A stretch of DNA of 64,000 nucleotides, taken from positions 186,001 to 250,000 of IMG/VR virus record IMGVR_UViG_3300032675_000001, one strand, 5' to 3'. Of this stretch, positions 62,687 through 64,000 are shown piece after piece (within the stretch, counting starts at the first letter, position 1; the number at the start of each line of letters is the position of its first letter). The notes beneath the pieces were generated by a model, which saw only the letters and a list, made by a program, of their open reading frames with translations, had not been told where the DNA came from and did no database searches. Position numbers and translations under genes: made by a program.

Positions 62687-64000
62687 ATGCAAATTAAACA
62701 CCTTCTAGAAGCTATTGATCAAACTAGTTTTTTGACTCAGGACACCTATAGCCTGTTGTCCAAAGACATTGATCGCTTCATCAACGCTAATGCAAATCGT
62801 ATTTTTGCTTCTGTTGGCGAAGGTAGTTATCTAAAGAAGATGAATGCGATAGACAAACAAAAGCAAGAAGTGCGCGACCAAAATCTTGACTGGAAAGAAG
62901 AAGATAAACTTCTATCAAGGCTATCTGATAAAGAACAGACACTGAGTGGCCAAGTTCAAAGCAAACTGCATGACAGTGACCCAGACCCTGAAATAGTAGA
63001 AGACTTCATTGATACTCTTGAGTTGCATCTACAGGATTTGGCTCGTGACTACATGGAAGCCCAGTTTGGTAAAATTGAAAAATATAATCATGACGAGCCG
63101 TGGGAAGAAAACAGAAAGAAAAACCTGTATTGGCTTCAACATATTATTGTACAGATTGACACTAAAGGAAAAAATAAAACAACCGACCAGACAAAAACTG
63201 GAGGAGGATATTTTAGTAGATATCCACAGAAAGATGAATTGCATAGCAGATCATCACAAAAAGTAAATTTACAAAACGAGTTAGGCAATCATATCAATAT
63301 CTATTCTTCTGTTGCAAATATTTGGGAAGTGTTGATCCATAGATTGTTAGAGCGGGATTCGGTGAATCGTTACGGGGACTCAGGATATGACAATCCGATA
63401 CCTGGTTTTGTGAAACCTATAATAAGTGTGTTCGTTCATGAAGTCGTACATATGGAGCAATATGCTCGTGCAAGTATGAGGCAGCAGAAAACAGATAAAG
63501 GTTTCAGACGAGGGGATTACTCAATGATTCCCAATCCTGAACAGCCACGCCCCAAGCTAAACACATATACTAAAACTGATGCACGTGGTCCTAAAAATCA
63601 AAAAGGTAACTACAGAACGTATCGTGGCGGAAAGCGTGGTAACGAAACATATGATGTTGGCAACTATGGATATAATGTGGATCGGTGGGCAGCATATCTC
63701 GGATCGGTAAATGAAATTGAAGCACACGCTGCTCACCTAGCAACTGAACTTTATTCTGATTTTGTGGAAAGTAATCCGTTCCGTTATGCATATTCGGCAA
63801 ATGAAAAGCAACGAATCATTAATGATTTCGTTGATCATTCGGTTGAAAATGTGAAATGGGGTTATATGCCCAACAACTCGTATGAGCAAATAATAGCAAA
63901 AACTGCAAGAGAGGCTGCTAAAAATCCAAACCCAACGTCAAGAGAAAAACAGTTTCTCAAGGTTTGGAAGTTGTATCTCAAAAAGGTCATTAAACACCTG
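62687..64000 (+). CDS. Zincin (HExxH) metallopeptidase-like protein, 3'-partial and absent from the ORF track
   Basis: Open frame from ATG 62687 (MQIKHLLEA) with FVHEVVH and later NEIEAHA; TAAATA at 62677. Confidence 0.75.
   Translation, partial: MQIKHLLEAIDQTSFLTQDTYSLLSKDIDRFINANANRIFASVGEGSYLKKMNAIDKQKQEVRDQNLDWKEEDKLLSRLSDKEQTLSGQVQSKLHDSDPDPEIVEDFIDTLELHLQDLARDYMEAQFGKIEKYNHDEPWEENRKKNLYWLQHIIVQIDTKGKNKTTDQTKTGGGYFSRYPQKDELHSRSSQKVNLQNELGNHINIYSSVANIWEVLIHRLLERDSVNRYGDSGYDNPIPGFVKPIISVFVHEVVHMEQYARASMRQQKTDKGFRRGDYSMIPNPEQPRPKLNTYTKTDARGPKNQKGNYRTYRGGKRGNETYDVGNYGYNVDRWAAYLGSVNEIEAHAAHLATELYSDFVESNPFRYAYSANEKQRIINDFVDHSVENVKWGYMPNNSYEQIIAKTAREAAKNPNPTSREKQFLKVWKLYLKKVIKHL

Noticed and set aside
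62660-62689. Amber readthrough fusing 62288 to the metalloprotease
   Set aside because: The frames are continuous, but that is a one-in-three chance and the downstream gene has its own late promoter.

Overview
This 64 kb window comes from a large T4-like/jumbo dsDNA phage. It carries T4-type TAAATA late promoters and sigma70-type TTGACA promoters, and several weak hints point to an alphaproteobacterial host. From left to right: (1) three paralogous Gly/Asn/Thr-rich tail-fibre genes and a collagen-like Gly-X-Y repeat protein, followed by a methyltransferase and four 2OG-Fe(II) oxygenases; (2) a class Ia ribonucleotide reductase locus in which nrdA is fractured at its catalytic motif by a naturally split intein around a free-standing HNH endonuclease, followed by nrdB, glutaredoxin and PAAR; (3) small early genes, a nuclease, an amber-suppressor tRNA(CUA), a peroxiredoxin, RimK, an NAD salvage module (nadM-Nudix, macro domain, nadV), a PTH2-like protein and an AAA ATPase; (4) an approximately 18 kb array of 36 tRNA genes mixed with structured non-coding elements, homing endonucleases and accessory genes. 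The strongest candidate for an undescribed system is at 43576-43787: a 48-codon leader ORF using all 20 amino acids, whose stop codon lies inside an antiterminator that competes with a rho-independent terminator directly upstream of the tRNA array. This reads as a pan-amino-acid attenuator that could switch on phage tRNAs when any host tRNA is limiting. Other notable points are a suppressor tRNA paired with a gene carrying an in-frame amber at codon 3, four armless CCA-ending tRNA-like RNAs, 8/4-fold tRNAs, and rrn-style boxB/boxA antitermination signals. All calls were made by eye, with no database searches or folding software.
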